Positions 42,071-52,545 of a stretch of DNA of 64,000 nt are shown here, in pieces. Under the pieces are notes generated by a model. It saw only the letters and a program-made list of their open reading frames with translations. It made no database searches and had not been told where the DNA came from. A program made the translations under genes and the position numbers. The DNA is from a virus (Duplodnaviria > Caudoviricetes): positions 32,001-96,000 of the IMG/VR virus record IMGVR_UViG_3300037067_009128. The stretch is one strand, 5' to 3'. Each line of letters begins with the position of its first letter. Position 1 is the stretch's first letter.

Positions 42071-43507
42071 ATGAGTATAATTAATGAGACCATTAAAGTA
42101 AAGTTTTATTTTAAATTTGAGAGGTATAAAATGGTATTACATTCAATTAGAGAATTTGATGCATTTGGTATAACTAAAGAAGAATTATTTAAAAAATTAC
42201 TTGCTGAAAATAATATACCTAAAGATAAAATACAAATAGATTATGCTATACCTCAAGGATTATTTAATGTTTTCAATAAAATTGATAATGATAATTGTTC
42301 ATGTTTTGTATATGTATATGGTAATGGATTTGAAACTGTATTACCTTTAACTATTGAAGCATTATATACTTTAATTGAGTATGATAGAATTTCAGACACA
42401 CAATATATTAAATATGGATTGAAACCATTTTTTGAATTAGGAAAAATTTGAGTGAGTTGATTCCGTAAGTCCTTTATAAGGGTTATTCTCTTGAATTAAA
42501 TATTAGACGTAATATTTTTCAATTGATAATTACAGTAGGCAGAATTGACAAACTCTTTCAACAAGAGGTAGACTTGATATCTTTGGATTTCAATATCAAG
42601 AGCTCGTTCAAAGAGGAAGTTTATCTCTTGTTTTTAATTTTATTAAAAAGGAGAATTAATTCAATGACATTAGTAGAAATGGAATCAAGAGTTAAAAAAA
42701 TAAAAGAACTTCAAGTAACATTAGAAAGACTTAATTTTTTAAGTAAAATTGAATATTTTCAAGGTATTGATTATTACATAACTCAATCTAATTCAAAAGA
42801 TATTTTAGAACAACATCGATTATACGATTCTAAATTATTAAAAGAGTTGATTAATTTAGATTTACTCAAGTGTATGACTTTGAAAAAGATAAAAGAAGTA
42901 GAGGAAGAAATTAAACAATTAGAAGCATGAAAACTTATCCAATTCAAATATTAAGGAAAGCATTCTTTCAATTAGTTGATAATAATAAATTTGTACATTT
43001 TACTTTATTTAATGCTAAACGAGGTAAACCTTTTAAAGTAAAAGCAAAGATTTCAAATTTATATGCTTCAAATCAAGGATTAAGTATTCATTTTAGTAAT
43101 GTTTATGTCAATAGAAAAAGATTTTTTAATATTTATCCATTAGTTAAAGATATTAGATGGAAAGAAACTCCATTTAATGAAGAAGTCTTACAACAAATAT
43201 GTGAATATATTAAAATTAAGAATTTAACATCAAGTTCTGATAAGAGGCTAGCAGGATCCTTGTCTGAAACTGCGTCACAACTGAATAGATCAGACTTAGA
43301 ACTTGATATTTAAAAAGATGAATTATGAAAGAAAAGAAAAAGTATTGTGTTTGTATGAATGGTCAAAATTATTATAGATATGCAACATCACCAAGTCAAG
43401 CTTTAAGATTATTTAATCAATTTTTTATGAAGAAATTTGGTAAAAGTAATATTACTGATATGTCAGTTGAATACAAACCAAGAGAATGGTCTAGAGTTGC
43501 ATTTTAA
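42071..43507 (+). CDS. Hypothetical proteins (42071-42451, 42664-42930, 42927-43313, 43325-43507)
   Basis: ORF track; second start moved to ATG 42664 after AAGGAG. Confidence 0.6.
42527..42636 (+). ncRNA. Candidate structured RNA / attenuator-like leader
   Basis: 14-bp helix 42560-73/42619-32 enclosing hairpin 42574-99, T-tract, upstream promoter-like motif. Confidence 0.45.
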
Positions 43508-43549
43508 TATAAATATATCCGAATAAAAGATGTATTATATTTAATCAAT

Positions 43550-43634
43550 CAAAAAAATAATTGAAAATAAAGTTACCATTTACTTTATTCCTTGCAAAGA
43601 AGGCCCTAGAATTGTAAAATTTTGGGGTCTTTTA
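43550..43634 (+). ncRNA. Candidate small antisense RNA complementary to the early-gene RBS motif
   Basis: Promoter motif 43529-43543, no plus-strand ORF, seed CCATTTACTTTATTCCTT (43576-43593), terminator 43601-43633. Confidence 0.65.
43601..43633 (+). terminator. Intrinsic terminator
   Basis: AGGCCCTAGAATT-GTAA-AATTTTGGGGTCT-TTT; three G-U pairs valid only on the plus strand. Confidence 0.75.
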
Positions 43635-43708
43635 GTGTTTATCGAAAATCAAAAGATGTATTAAATTTATTGTATCAATTTTAATAAAAATTAAATAAAA
43701 GGAATAAA

Positions 43709-44014
43709 ATGCCAAAAAAAGAATTTAATCCAGAAGATGTAAAAAAGATTTTAGAAACTCAGAATTTGAGTATTTCTGATGGCAATGCAATCAAATCAAC
43801 ACTTTTGAAGTTTAAAGATAAAGAATATCTTGAGATTAGAAAGTTTTATATGGATAACTCTGGTAGATTTTTACCTTCAAAAGGAGTTTGGATTCCTATT
43901 GAAACTGAGTATTCAAATATTGATGAAATTTTATTAGAGAGTATTAAGATACTTCCTAAAAAATATGTTGATAGTATTATTGAAGGATTAAAAATCTTTT
44001 CACAAGGAAAATAA
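43709..44014 (+). CDS. PC4/YdbC-like ssDNA-binding protein
   Basis: FKDKEYLEIRKFY...LPSKGVWIP. Confidence 0.75.
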   Translation: MPKKEFNPEDVKKILETQNLSISDGNAIKSTLLKFKDKEYLEIRKFYMDNSGRFLPSKGVWIPIETEYSNIDEILLESIKILPKKYVDSIIEGLKIFSQGK

Positions 44015-44020
44015 ACTATT

Positions 44021-44431
44021 ATGAGAATGGGTTTTACAGGTACTCAAAAAGGAATGACACCTAATCAATTATATATTCTTGATAAGATTATTAAAGAAAA
44101 GAATCCATATGAAGTACATCATGGTGATTGTGTTGGAGCTGATACAGAATTTCATCAAATGTGTAAAGCTTTTGGTTCAATTATTATAATACATCCTCCA
44201 GATATTTCAACAAAAAGAAGTAATTGTGAAGGAGATAAAATCTTACCGGTTAAACCTTATTTGGATAGAAATAAGGATATCGTTAATAGTTGTGATTTGT
44301 TGATAGTTTGTCCAAAAACTAGATTTGAAGAAATAAGATCTGGAACTTGGTCAACTAAACGGTATGCACAAAAAAGAGGTGTTAAATTTATTATAATTTA
44401 CTCTGATGGTTTAATATTTAATGGAGAATAA
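44021..44431 (+). CDS. SLOG-superfamily nucleotide-binding protein
   Basis: GFTGT, HHGDCVGAD, RNKDIV, SGTWST. Confidence 0.8.
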   Translation: MRMGFTGTQKGMTPNQLYILDKIIKEKNPYEVHHGDCVGADTEFHQMCKAFGSIIIIHPPDISTKRSNCEGDKILPVKPYLDRNKDIVNSCDLLIVCPKTRFEEIRSGTWSTKRYAQKRGVKFIIIYSDGLIFNGE

Positions 44432-44758
44432 AAATTGGAACAATCATTAAAAAATATATTAGCATTCATTCTTATGACATTATATACAACTGATGATTGG
44501 AATGAAATCTATGAATCATTAGATGATTGTGAAGAAGAATTAATATCTGATTTGCAAATTTATTGCTCTTCAAAAGGGATTGGGACAATAGATTCAGATG
44601 ATGATGAACTTATAAGACTTTTAATTGAAAAATTTGAAAAGTACATTTTATTCTGTCATGATTCCTCAACAACAGAAAAACTTATTTCCGGGGCAGAAAC
44701 TTTAGATAGTTTATATATTCAATGGTTAAAGTCAGAAAATAAAATAAAGGAATAAACT

Positions 44759-45463
44759 TTGATACCAAAAGAAGTTGAAGAAAAATTAAAAAAGTTATTA
44801 ACATTTAAAGAAGATGCTGAAAAAAGGGATTCTCAGGCAGAACTTGAAAATGTTACTGCAAGGATTCAAGAAGTTCTGTTTAAATATAATATAGAACTTA
44901 GTAGTTTGAATTTTAAAGAAGAACCTCAGATAAATCAATATACAATGAAGTTTGATATTTCAAAGACTGAAGGTTTGTGGGTTTATAAATTAAGTCATGT
45001 GATTGCTGAACATAATCTTTGTTCTTCAATAAGTAATAGTCAATATCATTTAGTTTATATTATAGGTAAACCTGTTAATGTTGAGATAGTTCAGTATACA
45101 ATAGAAAGTTTAATATCAAGAATTAAAATCATGAGTAAAATTGCTTATAAAGAGTATATAGGTCCTGAAAAGAAAAATGCTTTTTTAAGAGGATATTATA
45201 TGGGAGTTGTTGTTGGTATTAAATGCAAATTAGATACAGAATTTGAAAAGTTAAAGAAAGATTCTCAAATCAATGCTTTAGTATTAAGTAATAAAGATGC
45301 TATTAAAGTTTATGAGAATAAAATGTACCCAGATGCAAAAGTAAAAAAATTAAGAGAATTATCAGCAGAAGATGGATTTTACAAAGGTGTTATAGACGGT
45401 AATAATATTTCTATAAATAAAGGATTAAACTCTAACAATTTAGGACAAAAGTTAATAAAATGA
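44759..45463 (+). CDS. DUF2786-like protein
   Basis: EKLKKLL...AELEN...LFKYNI, W...L..VIA.HNLC, AFLRGY. Confidence 0.7.
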   Translation: MIPKEVEEKLKKLLTFKEDAEKRDSQAELENVTARIQEVLFKYNIELSSLNFKEEPQINQYTMKFDISKTEGLWVYKLSHVIAEHNLCSSISNSQYHLVYIIGKPVNVEIVQYTIESLISRIKIMSKIAYKEYIGPEKKNAFLRGYYMGVVVGIKCKLDTEFEKLKKDSQINALVLSNKDAIKVYENKMYPDAKVKKLRELSAEDGFYKGVIDGNNISINKGLNSNNLGQKLIK

Positions 45464-46732
45464 CAAATCAAAAAATAATACAAGAAGTATTAAAGAGAAT
45501 TGGATATCAAGAAGTCAAGATCTTCAAAATTGTATTTTTAAAGGAGTAGATCTTGATGGTAATATTATGAAAATAGTTCAGGGACTTCCATATATAATAC
45601 CATATGAAACTTTAATATTTTCACATTGGGTTTGTAAAGCTTTATTTGGTGAAAAATTAATAGCTACTAGATTAAGAAGAGTTGATGATTTTAAAGTAAA
45701 TTCAAAAGAGATAGAATTGCCTGCTTGGCAATATCATATTCAAAGATTAGCTTTAGAAAGTGATCGTTTAAGTTATCTTGAGAAGTTTTTAAATGGAACA
45801 TTAATATTAAGATAATGAAATGAATTATAAATTAAAAAAAGATGTTTTATCTGTTATTAATAGTATATATCGTATGAATGCACCTAATGCAATAGGTTAT
45901 AGATTTTTCCCGAATGAAGAAGAAGATAAAATAGCTGTAGGTATGTTTATCCATGATTTACGTGAACTATCTGGTTTGGAAGATGGATATTATGTTCCAT
46001 TTGCATATAACAATGGTATATTTAAAAGTATTAAACTTTCTAAAAGAAATTTAAATAAACTATTAAAGAAATGATATTGATTTATTTTAATTTAATAATT
46101 TCATTGAATGTGATTCAATATAAATTGATTGAATTTCAAAACCTAAAGGTGAATGATTCAATTCAGATTCAATCATATGATATTGTAGATTTTAATTCAA
46201 ATAAAATTTCAATATCAAAACTCCAAGATTGTGATGATCTTTATCAAGTGTGGATTACATACAATAAAGAGAGATATCTATTTATTTTGTTAGTTGAAAA
46301 TGATACTTTACTTAATATTCAAAAATACAAGGTGATTGATGAAAACAATAAAAACAACAAAAAGAAGAAAATTAAACCATCTTAATTTAGATGATTTAAC
46401 ATTATTAAAAAAGCAATTAGAATCTAAACGTCAAAAAGATTCTAAGGTTTACAAACATATTAAGAGAAAGATTCTTAATATTAAAGATGCAGAATTGAAG
46501 GCATCAATTCCATTGGGTTCACAAGATAAAAAGAAAAAATGTAGGCCTAAAAAGAAAGTCACTGCAGTAAAATAATTTAATGCTGACATATATTTGTATT
46601 GTTGTTTTGCAATTTTATTAAAGATAAAATAATAAAATTATGAATCTAAAATAAGGAGACTTGGATGATATTAAACTAATTCAAACATACCCAAATTACA
46701 TTTTCTCCCCAATTCAAAGAATCGTTTTCCTA

Positions 46733-46771
46733 AAGGCTCTAATAATTATCCCACAGTTAGAGCCTCCTTTT
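46733..46771 (+). terminator. Intrinsic terminator
   Basis: AGGCTCTAA/TTAGAGCCT stem followed by CCTTTT. Confidence 0.65.
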
Positions 46772-48815
46772 ATACTTCAATGTTATAAAGATGAATTAAA
46801 TTTATAATACAATAAAAATTTTATAAATTAAAATTATAATAAAATGCCTAAACAAGAAATGGAGATAAAATGAGTGATAAAATTATTGAGGAAAAACCTT
46901 TAGAATATGTTTGCTTAAAAGATGATCCAAGAAAAACACCATTAAATCAATGTATGTCTATGGGTGATCTTATGGCAACAATACAAGTATGTAAAGAATT
47001 AGATAAAAAAGATGAAGAATTAAATAAAGATGAAGAATTAAGAAAAGAAAAAATATGAAAGTTTATGAAATTCTAAAAAGAAATGATTTTGAAAAAATTA
47101 AAGTGATTTTTAATAGTAATCCAGTGAATTATTTATATCGTTGTTTAATTACTGGGGATGAAGAAGAGTACCAACTTGAAGATGAGTTTAATAATTCTAA
47201 GGAAGAATTAAGTGAAAAATATTATAACTTATCAAATGAAGTTATTAGTTTGTTATTTGATTTTTATCATGCTCTATTAGATGATAATATCAGAGATTCA
47301 ATAAATTTAAAAGATAAATTAATAGAAAGTTTAAAACCATCAATTTCTGAATTACAATTTAGTATTCAACATTATGATTTTTGGGAATTATTAGTTACAA
47401 ATGGTGATTATAAAGAAGTTTGGAATTTATTTAATGAAGATTCAATAAATTCCGAAGAAATTACAATGTTTTGTATAGAATATTGTGAAGATCACGGTTT
47501 ACTAAATTCTTGTATGAGTCTTTCAGATATTGAGTATATAAGATATGATAAGAAATTAGCAATAGATAAATTAAAAACACTTTTAGGAATTTAAAATACC
47601 TAATAAGAAAAGGAAAAAATGAAAACATTTACCCAAGAACAAGTATTAGATCTGTTAATTAATTTTGATCAGTCTATGGATCCAAAGTATTATCCAGGTT
47701 GTGAAAATTTAACGTCTGATGATTTTCTTGATGCTGCTTACTCAAATGCTAAAAGACTTGGATTATTAAAAGAATTTGAAGAATTAAGAGAACAAAGAAT
47801 AAATAAAAATGTTGTTAAATATGGTCCATTAATAAAAAACTCAAAAAGATATTGAAGATATAAATAAAGTATTCCCACAAGATTAAAAAAGTAAAATATA
47901 AAAAAAGGAGTTCAAATGAAAAATAAAGATATAATAGTTGTTGACAAGATTAAAAACAACATTAATATATTTGAGAATACTTCTGATCTAAGAGATTTTC
48001 TTTTAGAAGAATATGAGATCGACAATATATTTGATAGTGATTTAAGTAAATATATCAAACAAATAGAAGAAGATCTTTCATTTTATTTATCTTGTGGTAA
48101 ACTTCAACTGGAATTTGATATATCTGAAATTGAAGGACACAGTTCTGAATTTGATCATTTTATCGGTATTAATGAAGTTCTTGATGCTATTGAAGAACAA
48201 TGTGAAAAATTCGTTCTTAAAGAAGAATTATTCAAAAGATCTAATCTTAGAGGATTTATTATAAATGAAACTGCTATGATTCCTTTAAGATTAAATATAA
48301 ACGAGATCATCATAAATATTGATAATGTATATATGTATTTTGATGAAAATATTATAAGTAACACAGCAATTTTTGGTAATGATACTCTTAATAAATTAAA
48401 ACAATTATCTTTTTTAATTAAAAAATTAAATGGGAATGTTACTGAGTTTTATCTTTTATCATTAGATAATATTGAAGAGAATCTTTGGTTAAATTTTGAA
48501 AGTCAATGGGAAAGATTAAGTGAATATCAGGCAAGATTTATATGAAAACTATTAAATTAATAATAATCTTTATTATGTTTATGTTTATTAGTTGTAATGA
48601 TTCAATAGTTGAACCAGTTATTGAGAATCCAGATATAAACATAGAACAATATGGACATGACAAGATTCAATATTATTTTAGATATAAAAACCAAAGTTTA
48701 ACTCAATTAATCATTGTTGGTCCTAGTATGGAGTATTGTATTCAAAAGATGAAATATATTAAATTAAATACGGATGAATGGAAATTGAGTTTCACTATTC
48801 CCCCAGAGAATTAAA

Positions 48816-49202
48816 ATGTTAAAAGAGTATTTAAATCATTTCGATCTTCCAACTGAGTTAATAAATAATATTATTTGGTTTGTAGAATCATATCAAGATT
48901 ATGAAGATCCAATTAATGCAAAGAATAGTTGTATTGAAGCTTGTGAAAATTTTAGAACTTTTAAAGATCATGATCTGTATCAAGATGATATAATATTCTC
49001 AGAAAATCTTAATATGACAGATTTATATATACAAGGGATTTATAATATAGAAAAAGTGGATTGGCCTAATCAAGATATTAACCATACAGTTATTAAATAT
49101 AAAGATGTGTTTATAGATTTTACTGCTAAACAGTATAATTCAGAATTGGGTTATCCATTTGTGTTTAAACTAAGTGATTGGAATAAAAATGACAAAGATT
49201 AA
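48816..49202 (+). CDS. Transglutaminase/papain-fold Cys-His-Asp protein, paralog A
   Basis: NSCIEA, NHTV, IDFTAKQY. Confidence 0.6.
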   Translation: MLKEYLNHFDLPTELINNIIWFVESYQDYEDPINAKNSCIEACENFRTFKDHDLYQDDIIFSENLNMTDLYIQGIYNIEKVDWPNQDINHTVIKYKDVFIDFTAKQYNSELGYPFVFKLSDWNKNDKD

Positions 49203-49523
49203 AAATAGATTAAGTTTTAAAATACAAAAAAGACAAAAATGGGATATATTAAAATCATGTGATATAAAACTTGATGGGAAAGATATAGGATATATTAATG
49301 AAATAGGAGGTTTACTTGTAAAAGAAGATAACCCAAATATTGGGAAATTTTATATTATGTTAAGAATTCATAAAGAATCTACAAAAGAAAACCCATCTAA
49401 ATGGAAATATATTTATTTAAAAGCTAAATTTGAGACTATTTCTGATGCACAACAATTTATGATAAATAAAAAAGATGAATTATTAAATAAATTTAATTTT
49501 TATAAATTAAAAGACTAAAAATT

Positions 49524-50045
49524 ATGGAATGTAACAACACATTATTAGTAATTAAATCAGTTATTGAAAAGTTAACATGTTTAACTGATTTAACAGTACC
49601 TTATGCTATACGTAAATTAGATAAAGTAATAGAATATATAAATAAAAATGTTCATATTGACAATGATCGAGGATTAATTCATTTATTAAAAGTTTCTGAA
49701 AAGTTAATTCTTGAATTAGATGAGAATCTTATTAAAGATTTAGCATGGTTTATAGAAAGTTATCCTGAATATGGTGAAAAGTTTTTTGCTTTAAATGCTT
49801 GTGTATTAGCATGTAATGATTTTAAAGAAAACATACATCATACTAGCTATTCAATGAATATGGTTTTTGAATGTAATATTTATATGAATGATGATTTTAT
49901 GGAAATTTATGGGATTGATGAAATTCCAAAATATTGTGCTTGGAATCATATTGTTGTTAAGTATAAAGATATCTATATAGACTTTACAGCTAAACAATAT
50001 AATGAAGATTTACCTTTTCCTTTTATATACAAATTTGAGGATTAA
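49524..50045 (+). CDS. Transglutaminase/papain-fold Cys-His-Asp protein, paralog B
   Basis: NACVLA, NHIV, IDFTAKQY. Confidence 0.6.
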   Translation: MECNNTLLVIKSVIEKLTCLTDLTVPYAIRKLDKVIEYINKNVHIDNDRGLIHLLKVSEKLILELDENLIKDLAWFIESYPEYGEKFFALNACVLACNDFKENIHHTSYSMNMVFECNIYMNDDFMEIYGIDEIPKYCAWNHIVVKYKDIYIDFTAKQYNEDLPFPFIYKFED

Positions 50046-50577
50046 AATGGTTACTGACGAACAAAAGAAACATCCTTTAGAATTAGGTGATACTGGATTT
50101 CTTGATAGAATATGTCCAGAAGATATAAATCAAGATTCTGAAGTAGATATAAAACCTAAAAATAAAAACAGATTTATAACTTGGTTAAAATATATTTTTA
50201 ATATAACTGATTTGGTTGAAGATATTGAAATTCCTAAAATTAATAACGTTTTTAAACATAAATGTCAAAGATGTGGATATGTATATCCAAGATTACCTAG
50301 TAAAAATGAATTCAGGTTTGATTGTGGTACTAAAGGTTGTTATTGGATGATATTTAGTGATGGTTCACAAACCTATGATTCTCCAGGAGAATAAAATGAT
50401 AAGTGAAGATTCTAGTAAAGATTATACATTTTTTTATGAACATGAAATGATTAATAAAGTAGTTAATTTGTACATAGGTGGTATGGCAATAGATGATATA
50501 GCTGTTTATGTAGAAATGGATACAGCAGCTGTAAATCAATTATTAGATTCTGTAATACCACATTTATAAGGAAAGTT

Positions 50578-50943
50578 ATGGACATAGTAATGCACGGTAC
50601 TCATGGTGGTATTATTAGGTATTTAATGTTTAAATCTACATGGGCTTTTATTATTGGGTTTATTGAAGGTATATTACCTGATTTAATTGGTTATGTTGAG
50701 AAAATAATAAAGAAAGATAATAAAAAATGGGAATGGTATGTTAAAATTCATTTACCATTACCTGCAGAATATGTTGGATATGTCTTATTCTTTCAACCTA
50801 TTGCGTTACATATATTTTTAGATTCTTTTACACACCATAAAAAGAAATGGTGGAAAGAATTGTTGTGGTTAGAAATTTTATTATGGGTAGTAACACTTTT
50901 TATTTTATATTTAATATGGAGAAATAATTTATGGAGTTTATAG
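50578..50943 (+). CDS. Membrane metal-dependent hydrolase-like (YdjM-type)
   Basis: HGTHG, ILPDL, H, HIFLDSFTH with transmembrane segments. Confidence 0.6.
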   Translation: MDIVMHGTHGGIIRYLMFKSTWAFIIGFIEGILPDLIGYVEKIIKKDNKKWEWYVKIHLPLPAEYVGYVLFFQPIALHIFLDSFTHHKKKWWKELLWLEILLWVVTLFILYLIWRNNLWSL

Positions 50944-51558
50944 GAAAGTATATAAGTAAAGTAAATCATAATTATATAGTAAAAAGATTTACTATGGAAA
51001 GACAATTTTTTATTTCTAAAAGAACTATATTTAAAATTAATTTTCAAGGTGTAGATTTAAATCTCGTTGTAATGATTGAAGATACAGAATCTTGTTTCTC
51101 TTGGATTTTGGCTTTAGAAACTTTAGATGGTTGTATTATAAAATATGAATGGTCTAATGATTATCAAGGAATAATGAGTCTTGAAACTCATTATGGGACT
51201 TGGTATTTAACTACTAGTTATTGGGCTTCTATGTTTCCAGAATTTGTACCATTTCAAATAAAAACATTGGGAGAAATAAAATGACTAATGAAATAGTATT
51301 AAATAAATTACTTGCGTTTATATTAATAGAAGATGATGAACTTGAAGATTTAATTGAGAACATTGATAGTCTTAGAGTCAATTTTAGTATTGAATATCAA
51401 AAAATCTTGAATTTCATACAAGATTCCGGATTTAAATCCGGTAATGAACTTTCTGATTATTTTTATAAGAATCAACTTATTTTGAATGATATAAAAAATA
51501 ATATGAGACACAGTATTGTAAATAAAATAATAAATGAAGTAGAGATATAAGAATATAA

Positions 51559-51834
51559 ATGGGACATTATTATAAAAACGTACCAGGTCTTGGAAGTGTT
51601 GCTGTAAGTAGGCATGCTCAATATAATATAAGACAACAACAGATTCCTGAAAGTAATTTTATTAAAGTGTTATTTGAATCTAAGTCATTGGAAGAAGGAT
51701 TTGAAGTTGTTAGAAGAGAAGGATTTGGGATTAGAATCATCATACTATTAAATCCAACACCATTCAAAGGAGCTAAACTTGTAAAATCAGTATTTTCCAT
51801 TAAACCTCAAAAAGACTCTAAACATCTTCATTAG
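51559..51834 (+). CDS. Small RNase-toxin-like (DUF4258-type) protein
   Basis: VSRHA..I...I pattern and C-terminal VKSVF. Confidence 0.4.
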   Translation: MGHYYKNVPGLGSVAVSRHAQYNIRQQQIPESNFIKVLFESKSLEEGFEVVRREGFGIRIIILLNPTPFKGAKLVKSVFSIKPQKDSKHLH

Positions 51835-51914
51835 TAGCGAACCCAGTGGTAATTTGGATATTTAATATGCTTTTTACTTTATTAAAAAATTATTTTATTT
51901 TTATAAAATTTTTA

Positions 51915-51943
51915 TTGACAATTAAAATTTTATTTTATATATT
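51915..51943 (+). promoter_or_regulatory. Host sigma70-type early promoter
   Basis: TTGACA-17-TATATT with AT-rich upstream tract. Confidence 0.85.
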
Positions 51944-52545
51944 GTATTGTAAATAAATTTTGATTGATTTTTAATTATTTAATAATAAAAAGGAATAAAA
52001 TAAAATGGAACAAACAATACAATTTGGTTTTAATACAATTCAATCAAATAGATTTGTGGGAGAAAGAAAAAAAGTTTATTTAAATGATGATCAAATTGCA
52101 AAAATTGAAGAAAGAAAAAAAGAACAAAAGATTGAAAAGTTAGAATATCAATTTGATAAGTATGAATTTATTGTTAAAGAAATTAATGAAGAATTCAATA
52201 CAAAAGGGCCAAAGGGATTAAACAAATTAATGAAATCATGGAAAGATAAAAAACAATTTGAAGATTTTGATAAAGTTTATATTGATTTGATTGAAAAGTT
52301 TGGTGAAATAAAAGGTTCAATTAAGTTTATGTTTAAAATCAATAATGAATTTTTAAGATTTGATGATGGAGCAATCAATAAAACAAGAAATAGAATCAAA
52401 GTTCAAAGAAAAGAAAAGAAGTTACCAAGTACAAAAGAATTACAAACAAAAGAAGTTGTTAGTTCAATTGTCAATAGTTTTGTTACAAGGGATAAAAGAA
52501 GAAGGATTTTTTAATTAAAAGTTTTTAGTTAGTTTAAAATAATTT

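Larger units (their letters stand above)
44435..51550 (+). other. Dense array of small hypothetical phage genes
   Basis: About 20 co-oriented ORFs with SD sequences. Confidence 0.7.

Noticed and set aside
42600-42616. GTTCAAA as a tRNA T-loop
   Set aside because: No cloverleaf, D-arm or acceptor stem; kept only as part of the structured-RNA finding.
47008-47043. 18-bp tandem duplication (KDEELN/KDEELR)
   Set aside because: Simple in-frame slippage duplication with no sign of function.
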